Origin: Utricularia gibba
Taxonomy: Eukaryota > Plantae > Magnoliophyta
Direction: 5' to 3'
Length of the DNA: 64,000 nt
NCBI GenBank assembly: GCA_002189035.1
Contig: NEEC01000004.1
Coordinates: 2,542,001-2,606,000, forward strand
Below the pieces are notes generated by a model, which worked only from the letters and a program-made list of their open reading frames with translations, was not told the origin of the DNA and did no database searches. This document shows, piece by piece, positions 49,030 through 63,200 of the stretch (the first letter of the stretch is position 1; every line of letters begins with the position of its first letter). A program made the position numbers and the translations under genes.

Positions 49030-49689
49030 TCTATATTTATTTTGAATTTCCTATGTTAGATGTTATTCTTTTTTCTCATCTTTATAATTTGTTACAAGAA
49101 GGGCACACAAGATTTAAATAAGTTTTGAAATCTAAACCAAGGTAACACATACCCCCTTCTTCTCTATATCACCTTAGAAAGATCTAGCCATTAGTGCCAA
49201 AATGAAACATTCCAACTTCATCAAACAAGAGATCTATTATACAAAATGTGTTCTTTGAAAGAAGAATGTTAGGGAATCAATGCCATAGAGCACACAATAA
49301 ATTGAGGGTGGCATCAATAGTGCCACTATCCTTCAAAACATCCAAATTTGATATGCCTGAGTGGAAATGTATTAAATCAACACTTGATGCAACAAAATCG
49401 ATTGAAATAAATTCTCTTATCTCAACACCAACCTCAACTATAGGTTTAACAATAAATACATATTGATATATTTAACAACAAAAATTACCTCCAAGACCTT
49501 TAGAAGAAATTATGAAAAGTACATTGAAAGAAACCTGTAAAGAAAAAGAGGAAAATAAGAAGAAGAAGGAAACAATCCAAGTAACCATCAACAATCTTGA
49601 GAAAACTAGTCAGAAAATTGACAACTTAAGTTAGAGAAATTGAGAATATATGATAAACGAAAATTTCCTAATATCGTTGCAATAAAACA

Positions 49690-50977
49690 AAATTTTCGTA
49701 TCAAATAAATTTATAAGCCCTAATCTACACAAAATACAAATTTAGAAAACTTGTCTAGTGGATTTCGGGGTCGATCACAAGGAGCTTTTGCTTACTAATT
49801 GTTTTAGTAGATGCATAATTCGGAATACATTAATCTTAGTCTAAGCTCAAACTAATAGTGGTATGCAAGTTCAGTAAACAAAATCGAGTCTCAACGCTAA
49901 AGGTAATAAGTATTGGTTCTAACTCAGAATAATACTAAGATGCCTTAAAAGTCTGCAGGTGATGAGGTGCTAAGATGCCTAATTTAATTTACCATGTTCC
50001 TATACTTACAACTCTAAATAACCTAAGTTTACCCAGATTATTCATTATATTTTTGGTTAAGCTAGTCCCTAATATCATCACCAACATTGCAATTAGGTCT
50101 ACCTACATACAAGGTGCATAGAACTAGGTCTACCTTATTCTATTGGTTCTACCATGGACTAATACCTACTACGCCCGCCTTAATTTGTTGGTCTACCTCT
50201 AAATCAAGCATCTAAGTTGCAAAGCTACTTGTTCTCCTTCTTAAGTCTATCCATTGAGTGATAGAAACAAGAACTAAGAAATAAACATAAATTATATCAT
50301 TAACCTTAGACCCACATCACCTACTTCACCTTAGGACATCCCTAAAGTTTTAGCTACTCATATATGAAAGATAAAGCATGATATTATTAAGATAAACTGA
50401 AGAGAATAGCAAAGACATTGTAAAACAACAGTCAAAGTAACGAAATATATAGCAAACTAAAGATAAATGAGAGTGTTTTGTTCGCAATTTGTTACTGTTT
50501 TCTTCAAGTCTTTGGTCTTTCGAGAAATCGCCTTCATCTTCCTTCTTTCGTGTTCTTCCTCCCCTCCTGGGGTCTGGTCGTCTTCTCCTCCTTCTCCCCC
50601 CTCCAAAAAATATCTTCACATCTTTTTTTCCATTTTTTAAAATCAGTCCACTGTTCCTAACATCTATACTGTTCCTGGTCTGAACCTGCAGACTATAGAC
50701 AGTTGAATATTAATCATGTCTCCTACTTGTATCTTGTGTCCCTTCGAATTGTACTCATAAATTAGCTAAATATAATCCACTGTACTGCTGCTAACACTTG
50801 GAAGAATATTAGAAATCATAATATAGACTAAATCATTAATTTACTCTATATTATGCATAAAAATACAAATAACACTACAATTAACAAAATATAAAAAATC
50901 ATAATTAAAATACATAATTTTATCATTAAACATCTAAATTTCATAAATTAAAAACACTAATAAAATGTGTTTTATCA
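49690..50977 (-). mobile_element. Athila-type LTR (left end approximate)
   Basis: Minus-strand start TGATAAAACACATTTTATTAGTG at 50977 and a GTGATCGACCCCGAAATCC motif near the other end. It resembles the LTR remnant at 22940-25144. Confidence 0.55.
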
Positions 50978-50999
50978 ATATATTAGAAAAACAGCCCTC

Positions 51000-53380
51000 T
51001 CAACTTACCGTGAACCCTTCAAACAAACATTTAAACTATGAGTTGAAAAGTAAGAAGAAATTATCTAATTGAGAGGTGGTTCAACCTTTAAGTTAGATTC
51101 ATGACAAATCAATTTTGGAGATGATTCAAATAGAGGATCTGGAGACAAATGGTGATGACGGACACTTAGTGGACCCAACTATAGAAAATAAATTAAAAAT
51201 CAAGGTTACTCAACCCTCATTTCTAAGGCAATTAGGAGATAATGAAGAGAATGTGGAAGCTCAAAGAATAATTTTGACTTTAAATTCAAAGATGATAACC
51301 ATGAAAGTTGTTGATTATTTGAAGCAAGTTTGAAAAGGATTAAAATTTTTGAAAGATATATATTCTGGTTCAAATAATTCTTTCAAGAGAAAGGAAAATT
51401 TGAAAATTAATATAAGTGTTTATACTTTTATTGATAACTGGCTCTCTTTAAGTATCACGATACATATACGTATTTTATATCTGCTAGAATTGGAGGAATA
51501 CAAATTACGTTATGTAACTAGATATTTATGAGTCTCTAAGACTCAAACCCTTGAGAAAGACCAACACCAAATTAAATTACTGAAGATGTACTTATTTAAG
51601 TATTCAAAACTTTATATCCAGATGATTTTTGTGGTTGTGAAGATATTGATTGCCAAAACTGATGATAGTACAATTATTCTTGAAAGACCATTCTTGATTA
51701 TAGGCTATGCACATATTAGATGCAAGAAAGGTGAAATAACTTTAGAATTTGAGGACGATTTTGTGACATTCAAACCCGAGGAACCCGAAGTTGGCATATG
51801 TGGAGTTGATATAATTATTGAAGAGGAGAAAACTGGAAGAAATTAATTTAATTAATCAAGTTGACATCATTAATGACTAGACAGAATAAGTTTTCATTAA
51901 GGAGTTAAATGGTGTTATCACTATGCTGAAAATTAATGAACAATCAAATGAGATAACTATGCTAGAATTTGAGATATCTTTGAATGAAGTAAAAACTGTT
52001 AAAGTTTATTACAAGAAGAAACTTGAGTTAAAACCTCTCCGTAAATATCTTTAAGTATATTTTCTTGAAAGAGGTAAATAGTTTGTCTATAGCTATCAAC
52101 TCTAATCTCATGCTAGAGCAAGACATGAGGCTTACAAAAATATTGAAGAAACTATCAAAAAGCAAATTGGTTAAACTTTGGCAGATATCCAAAAAAAATT
52201 TCATTCGATTTGTGTGTATAGAATACTCTTGGAAGATGATGCAAAACCAATGTGAGAGGTTCAAATGAGAGCAAATCTCATCCTCATGGAAGTTGTGAAA
52301 AAATAAGTGCAAAATTTGCTACCATTTATTCTATTTTGAACATTAAATAAGTTAGTTCAATTCATGTGGTGCTCAAAAGATATAGATAACAGTTGTTACA
52401 AATTTCGAAGGAAAGCTAGTGGCCACGAGATTGCACAATGAATGGAGAGTTGTATTGACTATAGAAACCTCAATGATGTGACAAAAAAGTATTAATACAC
52501 ACTTTCCCTTTTATAGAAGAATATATATAAAAGAATACAAACTTAGTAGTAAAATATATTAAGAGAAAACCGTATTTACTTACTCATTTAATGCATTTGA
52601 ATATAGAAGAATATTTTTCAATATGTAAAATGTTCCATCTAATTTTAAGAAAAGCATAAAAGTTTTCATTGATGATTTTACATTCTACAGATCAGATTTT
52701 GATAATTGTTTTGATATTTGAAAAGCATTTTTCCAGTTATGTTGAAAAAGATTTCATGTTTAATTCTATATCATTTCATGAGTAGATAATGAATAGTGTT
52801 TGAATATATTGGTTATATTGAAGAGTTACGATTTGATACTACTAAGGTTGACACATTAACTAATATTATTTCATCCTATAATTTAAAAGATTACAATTAT
52901 TTTTGAAGTATATGGATTATTGTTACAAGTTTATCAAAGATTTTTGAATAATAGCATTTATTTAAGCATGATGTTAAGTTTGAACTTTCAGATCAATGTA
53001 AAGAAGTTTTCAAGAAATTTCTAGAAGCAATCATAATAACACTAATGATTCGAACTTTGCTAAGCAGTATTGGGATACAAGCTTAATGGACTGAATTATG
53101 TAAAATTATGCCTCTATGACTTTGGATAATGCTCAAAAAGATTACACAACCATTGAAAAATAAATGTGGCTTTTATTTTTTCCTTTGAAAAATTTAGAAG
53201 TTATCTCACTGAAAGAAAGATTATTGTGCATATTGATCATGCAACTATTAGACATTTGATATCTAAGAGGGACACAAAGAAAAGTTCACTTCATTACGTG
53301 TAGCTATTCCAAGAATTTGATATTGAAATCAAAGATAAGCCAACTAATAAAAACTATGTAGACTACTATCTTCTGGTTGT
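51000..53380 (+). mobile_element. Heavily decayed Ty3/gypsy pol (protease, RT, RNase H)
   Basis: Protease-adjacent IILERPFL...GEITLEF; RT LVATRLHNEWRV..DYRNLND; RNase H AQKDYTTIEK, FEKFRSYL, VHIDHATIRHL and QEFDIEIKDK. It has many stops. Confidence 0.8.
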
Positions 53381-53399
53381 TTCTATTCGCAAACTTGTT

Positions 53400-54430
53400 T
53401 CGATTGTTAAAATTAGCAATGTTAAATTAGATACTTTAAAATGTTTGTGTAAACTTTATAATGTTGCTTTCACAATTTTAAATGATGATTCATCCACTCG
53501 ATGGAAGTTTACATTTTTTATGCTACGTTATTTACTTCCTTATAAGCATATAATTGAAATATTTTTGGGGATGTATCCTAATTTAGCCATAAACATAGTT
53601 TATTCATATTTTCAAAATTTGAAAGTTTTGATTCATTTTTTATCTATATTTCACAACTATACTAAATTGTTTAGCAGTGTTTATTATGCCACAACTCATT
53701 TGGTTCTATCTTATTTAATTAATATTGTGTTTGTGTTTAAAAGATATATTAACAATGTTGTTCTTGGCCCTATTGTTAATGCAATGATAATAAAAAAAAA
53801 AATTAAAATATTATGAGTGTATCTCTGAATTGTTTCTTAGAGCAAATGTTCAGGATCTAAGAGTTAAAAATTGTAGATTAGAAAATGATTTAAATATATA
53901 TTACAACTCTTATACTTCATTAACTCTTCTCAGTATTTCAATAAATGCTGCTAATCTTTTTAGTATACTAATGTTTTCAGACATTTATATGATTTGTATG
54001 AGATTAAGTTTGACATTTTTGAGATAGAGCAACATAGAGATGATAATGATACTGGGGTCACGTTCACCAATGATTATTAGTCTATATTACAAAAACAAAT
54101 GAGATTGCTTTGTTCAATGCAACTCCACAATTACTTGAGAATAATAGGGATACTTTCAATATCTTTGGTTTGTGGAAGAATCAATCTTCATTGTATTCTA
54201 TTTTGGCCTGAATTACATAAGGTATTTCTACACCTCCTAGTTCTTGTATTACTTCAAAAAATGCTTTTAGTGCAAGTGGTCAAGTTCTTACTGAGTCAAG
54301 ATCACTTTAACACTCACAACATTGGAGACATGCATTTGCTTGAAGGATTGAATGATGGTTGAAGAGCAATTAGAAGATATTTTAACTGATGAGGATGATG
54401 TAGTAAACCAAGATTCAGAAAGAGAGTGAC
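53400..54430 (+). mobile_element. hAT transposase pseudogene, C-terminal part
   Basis: TKLFSSVYYATTHL near 53670, and SKNAFSASGQVLTESRSL...ETCICLKD near 54250-54350, matching the hAT dimerisation motif SESAFSxxGRVL...EALICLKDW. Confidence 0.7.
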
Positions 54431-54748
54431 AATTTATTTTTATTTTTTTGTATTTTTTAACTAGTGATTAGTTTTTCTTAAAAAAAATTTTTTAACTTTG
54501 CTTGTATTTATCAAAACTAATTCCAAACCTAGATAAAGGAGGAGGAAAAACTTTGTTACCATAACAAAGTGTTTAATAAATTACTTAAATAAATGTTCAT
54601 GTTGATTATGTGAGTGTGCATTTTTTCTTCATATTACTTTAGTGCTTTGTTTTTTTCCACTTTAATAGATGCCTTAACTTAGCTACTGATATTGAGAAGT
54701 AGAAGATTTGTTTTGTTGTGTGTTTAGATTGGAGGATTTGTTCAGTAT

Positions 54749-55871
54749 TGATAAGTGATTTTATGTCACTTATATTTGTGGTTTTAAGAACTCTCTTAAA
54801 TGAGTTTTGCATTCTTTTTATCCCACTTTTTTTATGTTTTTAGAAGAATTTTATATCTTTCATACCATTTTGATCTTTTTGGAGGGAAAGTATATTTTGT
54901 GATTTTTCATGACGAATTTGGAATAATTTGGAGGATTTTCGAATTACTTTGATGGAGTCTAAGATTTGATCTATCCGGAGATGAAGACTCGGTCAAAGAT
55001 TCTCGGATAAGATAAGATTTGCATCTTATCTTGGAAAACTTGGATCTCATCCTAGAAGATTTGTATCAAATCTTAGAAGATTCGGATAGAAGATTTGATG
55101 TGAGCCCATCAAGGAAACCCGACAAATCCCCACCATTATATAAAGATTCAAACGCGAAAACCCTAAGGGGGGGGGGGTCGAAGTGGTAGACGACTAGAGA
55201 GGCAAATTAGGGTTTAGAGTCGAGTCTAGCATGTTTTGGATTCCTTTCCTTTCGTTTTTCATCAACTTTTGCTATTTAGAGTCAAGCATGCGCGTGATAA
55301 CGTTTGCGGCTGAGGATCTGCTGTGAAGCCTTGTTTGCGCAAGTTCTGCGCGTGTGACTGTCTTACCATATAGCCTTAAGGGAATGTGGGAGAATCAAAG
55401 GTTGGCCTCAGGTACTTAAGGAGAAGGACTCAATCGGACATTATTGATAAGATACATTCTATCTAATCCGTCTGCGAGGTGTGAGGTGTAGGGGTTAGAT
55501 TTGGATGTGGGGAAAACATGGGTTATCACAAGAGGTGAAATGGCTCTGGTGGTGTGGTTGATTCCATAATCCCACAAAACAAGGGACAGTACTATAACGG
55601 TCACCGAGTAGCACTACTTTAGAATAACACCCCAAAGCTTGCGCAAGTAGGTCAGTTCTCAAGGTTTGCACACACGCAAGGGCAAGTTTCAAGTAAGGTA
55701 GATCTTAAATCCAAGGTCACTTTTATTATTGTCTTCAAAACCCAATTTTTCTTTTACTTTTAATCTTTATAACTCTTTGTTTTGAAAAGAATATTCCAAT
55801 AACAATTCTCTGTAGATACGATCCTATTTTATTATTTCGACGGTTTCTATGCACTTGCAGAATTACCATCA
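54749..55871 (+). mobile_element. Solo LTR (Athila-type), copy B, 1123 bp
   Basis: TGATAAGTG...CCATCA termini with a perfect 5-bp TSD, AGTAT, at 54744-54748 and 55872-55876. It is collinear with copy A. Confidence 0.92.
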
Positions 55872-56740
55872 AGTATGTGAAGACTTTAAGCAACTGGTAT
55901 CATTTCTACAAAAGCTTTTTAGTTGTTTTGTTTTGTTACGTGTTTAGATTAAAAAATTAGATCTTTTTTTGATTTGGTTTGCAGGTGGCACAGCAGATGA
56001 GATTAAAATAGCAAATAATATTTTGAGGTAAAATGCTTTTATGTTGACCAGATCAACCCACATTAAACACGACTTGCCACATTAAACTGTCAAAGATTGA
56101 CCCATGATGATTCGTGGACCATTGACGTGGGTCGTACCTGTATCCATGCAGACCCTACCCCTGCCCAACTCTCTATTTATTTTATTCATAACAATGCTTT
56201 TTAATATGGTAAAATCCCGACAATAGTTTTCTATTCATTGCATTCATCCTTGATGCTTAAGCTGCTATGTTAATTCTCATTTTATACTTTCTCTCATTAA
56301 TAATCAATGTAAGATTCGTATAAGATGGTAATTTCACCATTCCTTGATAGAACCCTAGTTAACTATAGTAAATTTGACTCTTTTTTTACCACATTGCACA
56401 TTGACCAGCATCACAGAATGTGTCAAACGAAAAAAAAAACGAACTTATTTGAATGTGCAAGGAAACAAAACGAGTTCAAATATTGATGCTCTTGTTTGTT
56501 TATCATTAAAAAAAAAAAAAAGGTTCAAACCATCCGTGCCTATTATTAGTGACATCGGCTGCATATGGGCCACATTTCGTACATAAAAAGTTGTTTGAAA
56601 CGTGAATCTGCATATAAAGAGTTTCTAAAAGGTGGATGCTTTGTTTTAGTATGAAATTTCTGTTCAAAGCTCCAAATGTTTTATGAGCTCCTGAGGGGAA
56701 AAAGTGATTCTTCAAATTTGTGTTCCTTTTGGAAACGGAA

Positions 56741-58143
56741 ATGGGCGTGGATTATTATAATATTCTGAAGGTGGGAAGGGGGGCGACCGATGATGATCTA
56801 AAGAAATCATACAGAAAACTGGCAATGAAATGGCATCCTGATAAAAATCCCATCAACAAGAATGAAGCAGAGGCCAAATTTAAGCAGATTTCTGAAGCCT
56901 ATGAGGTATTTACCAACATCAACTAAATCAAAAATTCAAACATCCTTTTTACATTCCAACGTGGTTTGTCATGCCATTTTTAATCATACATGTGCTCATG
57001 TCCTCCTCCTGTGTGTACATCTATATATGTATCCACCTCTTCTATTGAGAAATGAAAACTGCGTTCGTTTTTTCGTATGGAGTTTTCCATTTCTCTCATT
57101 TTATTCTTGGATGTGCATCATATCTTTCCAGGTATTGAGTGATCCTGAGAAAAGGAAAATCTATGACCAACGCGGGGAAGAAGGCCTCAAAGAGATGCCA
57201 CCTCCCAGTTCCACAAATTGCTTCAATCCACGAAACGCGGAGGACATTTTCGCAGAGTTCTTTGGGAGTAGCCCTTTCGAGTTCAAACCGACAGGAGTTG
57301 GTCGATCGGCAAGGTTTCAGTCTGATAATGATGGAATCAATCTTCTAAAGAAGCCACCACCAGTGGAGACTAAATTGCTTTGCAGCCTTGAAGAGCTTTA
57401 CACAGGATGCATAAGAAAAATGCGAATATCTCGAAAAGTGGTTGATTCAAAGGGGTACGTGTATAAGTTTCTTCTTAATATGAATGAGAGTAAGAACTTA
57501 TGGAAGCCAAAATTTTGTCTTAACTTTCATGATACAATCAGGGTGATCCATGAAAGAAAAACCATGATTCCTTAGTGAAACATATAAAGTGTACATGTTT
57601 GAGATCCTACTGGTTGTGTTTGGACTTAGCTGAAGGGCATTGATCACTTGTAACTACGTATCATTCACTTCAACAGCTAATGAAGGTGTTCTTGTGTGAA
57701 GGCTACTAGTTACAGAGACCGAAGTGCTGACCATTGATGTAAAGCCTGGGTGGAAGAAGGGAACGAAGATAACGTTCCAAGACAAAGGAAACCAACAAAT
57801 GAATCAGCTTCCCCAAGATCTGGTGTTCATCGTCGATGAGAAGCCTCATAAAACATACCAAAGAGATGGAAATGACTTGATCATGAGCTATCAAATCAAA
57901 TTAGCAGAAGCCATCGGAGGCCTGAGTGTCAATGTCACCACACTCGACAAGCGCCAACTTTCAATACCAATCAAAGAAATTGTGAGATCCGGGCACCAGC
58001 TTGTTGTACCAGGAGAAGGAATGCCGATCGCTAAGGAGCCTGTAAATAAGGGTGATATTAGAGTTATTTTTGAGGTGAGGTTCCCGACGAGACTGACACA
58101 AGAGCAGCAAGAAGTAATAAAGAGAGTTATGGGAGGTGCTTGA
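56741..58143 (+). CDS. Class II DnaJ/Hsp40 (DNAJB-like), 3 exons (56741-56905, 57132-57454, 57702-58143), 309 aa
   Basis: J domain with HPD ([11 protein letters not shown]...KWHPDKN), a G/F region ([14 protein letters not shown]) and C-terminal domains ([33 protein letters not shown]). There is no zinc finger. The exons sum to 930 nt in phase. Confidence 0.93.
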
Positions 58144-58829
58144 ATGCTGTTGCTGATTCTGGATCCATGTTGATAGATGAACACTTGTTGTTTTACATGC
58201 TATATTTTATCATACAATATTGCTTTTTGAAAACCGTAAAAAACCTTTTGAAGAGGACAAACACTGTTGAAGCTAAAGATCGAAGTTAAGAGAATTTTTT
58301 AAGCTAGAACAAATATTGTTGTACTTAATGTGATTCTACTTCTTAAATAACAATTGTTGAGAAGCATTATCAATAAAGAAAAAAAATATACAGATGTATT
58401 TAAAGCAAATTTGTTCTTCTGAAGAAATATTTAGAATCAATTTTGTTCTAAAAAAGAAAATAACTTTGCCCAAAAAAGTAAAAATATAAATGTTTCTTAA
58501 TTTTAAAAAAATTACATGATTCCAATTTCTCTCTCTCTCTTTTTTTTTTTTAATAGCTCCAACTTTTGAAGTGAATGTGTACTTCCAAATAGAAGTGCTT
58601 CTAGATCAAAGTGGAGTCTTTTTTTTAAAAAAAAAGATGGAATAGAAATAAACAGACCTCAAAATACATTTCTTTGGTTTTCATGTTTTTTTATAACTTG
58701 GCATCTTTGATGAATTTGTCGTTTTAAATTAATCTTAGCGATTAAAAGTTAATTGTTTTACTAAAAAACAGCTTTTATTTTTCTAAAAATGATAATTATG
58801 TAAATATACACATTTATTAGAGGAATAAA

Positions 58830-59213
58830 GGGTGCGTTTGGTTCATGGAATAAAGAGGGATAATTAAATGGTATATTGTTATCCGATGTTTGGTTACGAA
58901 TAAGAAATTAATTATCCATTACTGTATGGATTTCTTATCACACTAAAATATAGAATAAAATAATTAAGGGTTATTAGGTGGTATTTTTTAATCCCATCCA
59001 ACAATACCATAAATGTCCTTTGTTTTTTTTTTATAGAAAACCCAATTCAGAAAAATAGATATATTTTCGTTATTTTAACTATACAAACAACTATCTTATC
59101 CCAATTATTACAACATAAACCAAACATATCAAAATACATTCTCATCTAATCCTAACTCACTATCTTACTTAATTTTATCTTGGAATAACTTATCCCACGA
59201 ACCAAACGCACCC
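58830..59213. mobile_element. Tourist-like (PIF/Harbinger) MITE, 384 bp
   Basis: Perfect 14-bp TIRs GGGTGCGTTTGGTT, with imperfect pairing extending to about 24 bp. The flanks are AAA and TAA (2/3 match to a TAA TSD). Confidence 0.88.
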
Positions 59214-60292
59214 TAATCAATTCTTTGATATGCTAGTTTATAACAAGTGTGTTTACCAAATTTATGTATAAAGTTACATAAATACCATTGATGTCTATAT
59301 ATATTGTGTATAAAATCATATTGTTTTAAACCCATAAATTGATAATTTTTGCTTGTGGCTATGCTTACTAATCACATCTACTTCGAATTTATCTTACTTT
59401 GCATCAAAATATGTGAGTAGTGATCAATTGCTTATAGACTATAATTAAAAGATGTTTCATAAAAACTATAACATTACAAGTGGAAATATGTAAAATAACC
59501 AATGAATAACCAAGAATTTATGCTCAAGTTTTTGAAGTAAATTTTATCAATTTCAAGAAACTAAAAGCATCTAACCATGATGGCTATCACAAATATAACC
59601 AAAAATGGAAAAATAAAAATCTTCTTCCTTATTATAGCAGAGAAGAATAACAAAAGTTGCAATTCCAAGTTCAAGTTTGAAAAGGTTAAAAGATATCAAT
59701 TCTCTATTGAAAGTTTTATTTAATTTGTATCAATAAGTACATCTAATTTCTCTATTTCTATTTCTTCATTCTTTTTATCTTCTTTGTGCTTTTAGCTTCC
59801 TCATTATTGCAATCAATCTTTTTAATATCATCCATTGAGCGTTGAGAAATGTAAATTCTCTCGGCCCATATCATCATCTAATCGATCAGATAAAACAGCA
59901 AAATAATTGAGATGTTAGATCAAAATACAATGATTTCTTCCTTTTCTTATGTCATAAACCTTTCTTGAATAGCATAACTATTGACTACATTTCCTTCCAT
60001 TCTGATGTGTATATTTAAGCACTCCCACCAAAACCACATTTGACATGAAACTGCTTGCAGTTTCTTCATACTTTTGATTAATTTAAATTTGCCATTCCAT
60101 GAACTCCATTCACATCACCTTCACCTTCTACAACAAAACTGTAAACATAGTCCTCAACCTCAACCCTATAGCTGGAATCCCTCCCTGGTTTGAAGGTTTT
60201 CCAGGACTGGTGTTCCTTCGCATACAGAGTGAGGAGCGATGAACTAAGCCAGCAGAGACTCGCATCGGTTACCAGCTACTGGACTTTGAAAA

Positions 60293-63200
60293 TCAGAACT
60301 GAATTTGGTCGCCGTCGGAGCCCCTAGCGCCGCCCTGAGGTGGACTGATGACAACCCAGAGCAATGAAACAGTTATGGAGATGAGCCCAGACCAGACGTA
60401 GATGATGGTAGGGACTCTTCCCCTTCTCCCCATCAGTCCTTTGGCAAAGGGATACATATGAGCAAGCACCCAAAGGCTGAAGAAAGAGCCACCAAACAGC
60501 TTGCTCCACTCGGGAATCACACTGTATATCGTCCTCGAGAATCCAATCACCAAAGCGACCAAGTTTGTCACGATGATGAACAGCGGCATGATGAATAGGC
60601 CCGTCCATTTCACGACATACAGGTCCGCGTAGATGTCATCCTCATCTTCGGCTGCGGATTTTGAGGTCAGGGTGAAGGAAATCTCAATTCCAGCGATGAC
60701 TTTCAGAAGCCCCTGGATAACGGCAACAAGGTGAGCGCTGGAGCCTCCAATTACCCAGAACTGCTCGTTTCTCCAGTGCTCTTCGAGTGCGATTCCGGAC
60801 CATTTCACCTCCAGAAGCGAGATGAAGATCAAGGTGACGGTGATGGTGAGAAGGTATAAGAGAAATTGGATGTCCAGGGATTGAACTATGAATTGGCCGG
60901 AGAAGAGAGATAGCGCCGGTAGAAAGCAGTAGACGACGAGGAAGATTGAGGTGAAGGGATAGATTCCGACGTTAAGATATGCCACTCGCTGCAAGAATTT
61001 GAGGCGGTTGGTGGCCAGCAGAGCATTGTTGCGGGAGAAGAAGATCTCAACGGAGCCGGTGGCCCATCGGAGAACCTGATGGAGACGATCTGTCAAGTTG
61101 ATTGGTGCCGTACCTCGAAATGCGTCACGCTTCGTTATGCAGTACACTGACCGCCACCCCCTGTTATGCATTCTATAACCCGTCACCACATCTTCTGTCA
61201 CAGACCCGTAAATCCAACCGATTCTATCTCCCCACTCTGTGTTATCCTCATACCTGATGGTTTCCAACGATTGGATAAGTACTAGCACTAGATTGTGTGT
61301 TCTATTTTCCAAGAAGAACGTACCAGCAAGAAATGACGGCGATGGCCTCGGCAGCGGTGGGGGCGTCGAGAGGAGCTCGAGGTGCCAAAAGAGCACCTGG
61401 AGGCCGGCCATTCTTGACTGAGAAATGATCGGCAAGTGGGCGGCCTTGGAACTCCGCCACAGCAATTGATTCATTGAACATGGTGGAATTACCAAACTTC
61501 TTAGGAAGGTTCAGGTCCGGGTGACCAGGGTTCAATGGTTCCTCTTCACCAGATCGCCGTTGCTGAAAATCCTTTGCCCGGGACTTGTATTGCCCGAATA
61601 CACCTAAATACTCATTCGCACGCGGTGGAAGAAAACCGTACAGTGCATATCGTCTAAACATGCAGCCAGTGCCGACGTAAACTGGTCCCTGAAGACCATC
61701 AAGAGCTCTCATATTCCCTGTTTGTGAAAAAAGATGAGTCACTCCCTGTTAGCGATGAGATGTATCTTGAACTTATGCTTCTTTTTCTGGTTCATACCAT
61801 CAAAAAACACGGTGTTATGGTTAGCATATCGATCCGAAGGATCAATACCCTCGAATCTCTGAGGGAACTGTATGTAGCAAATGCGATCTCCGCCTCTGTC
61901 CATCATGTAACAGATGCCTTCTCTGATGGCCATTGAGTTGTAGACATAGTGATCACAATCCAAGTTTAAAATGAAGGGTCCATTTGACAGGATAGCCGAA
62001 GCTCTAACCAAAGCATTCATCGCCCCTGCCTTCTTATTGTGGTCGTAAGACTTGCGTTTCTCACGCGAAACATAAGCGAACATGGGAATCCGAATATCTA
62101 TACCCGTGAAGTCGAGTCTACCTTCATCAGGTCCGCCCAAGACTGCTTCCATCTCCGGCACTTTGCTCATTATCTACTAACATCTTAGTGATCAGAAGGA
62201 TGATCTGATAGTCACAAACACACGCACTCAGAGAAATAGTATTTGGTACCTGTAAGATCCCAGCATGGTCGCCCTTGAAGTGATCAGGAATAGGAGTGAA
62301 CCAAGTCCCCGGCCAATGGGTTCCGTCGGCCATCCATGTAGCCTTGGGGGTCTCCATCTTATGATCCGGAGGTATAACACCGTTATTCTTCTCCTTAACA
62401 AGCCTCTTCTCCTGCATCTCTTCGTTCCTGTTATACATGTCGCATCGTTTCTTTATGACCTCCGGTAGACCGTTGATTCGAACCTTGAATTCGTCATACT
62501 CCCTCTTAATCCACCGTCGGTCCTTTACAAAGTCTGGCTTCTTCTTGTTCTTTGTTGGGTCGGTCTTCTGGTTGAAGTAGCTATCTGGATTCCTCGGCTC
62601 AATGTCATGCTTTCTACAGAATGGCACCCACACCTGTTTCCAGGCATGGTCTTCCATTGTTCATGAATTCATAAACAGAGAGACAGACATGCTTGGTTCG
62701 TAAAAAGTTACCTCAGCAAACTTGACGGCTTCAGCCATGGCCTCGAACGTGAGAATGGCGCCGCCGTCGTCGGAAATATAGACAGAGAGTTTCTCCACCG
62801 GATACTGCACTGCAAGAATAGATAAAATGGTGTTGGCCGTGACGAGAGGCGGCTCTTTTTCCGGATCCGCAGTCGATATGAACACATCCACTCCGGGAAG
62901 GTCTGATCTCCCGGTCGGATTCGACGGACTCGGGATCTCGAACTTTTCCTTGAGTGCAGACAAATCTGCTGACCGATTTATGGGATTGAATTTGGGGAGA
63001 ATGTCAAGCAGCCAGGAGAAGGCGAACCAGAGCTCGCATACAATAGACATTCCCCAAAGCCACATGGCTTCATGATTCGGATTCGTCACCCGCCATGTCA
63101 AGAACAGAGCCAGAGTTATCATTCGAATCATAATCAAGACTCTGTAGGGACTAATGACGCTGCCGGGGACTTGAACCTTTCTGGTGAGCGGTTTCCATGG

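Noticed and set aside
43126-55871. Intact LTR retrotransposon that captured eIF3L
   Set aside because: Each LTR has its own TSD, I saw no PBS after copy A or PPT before copy B, and eIF3L retains its introns and promoter motifs.
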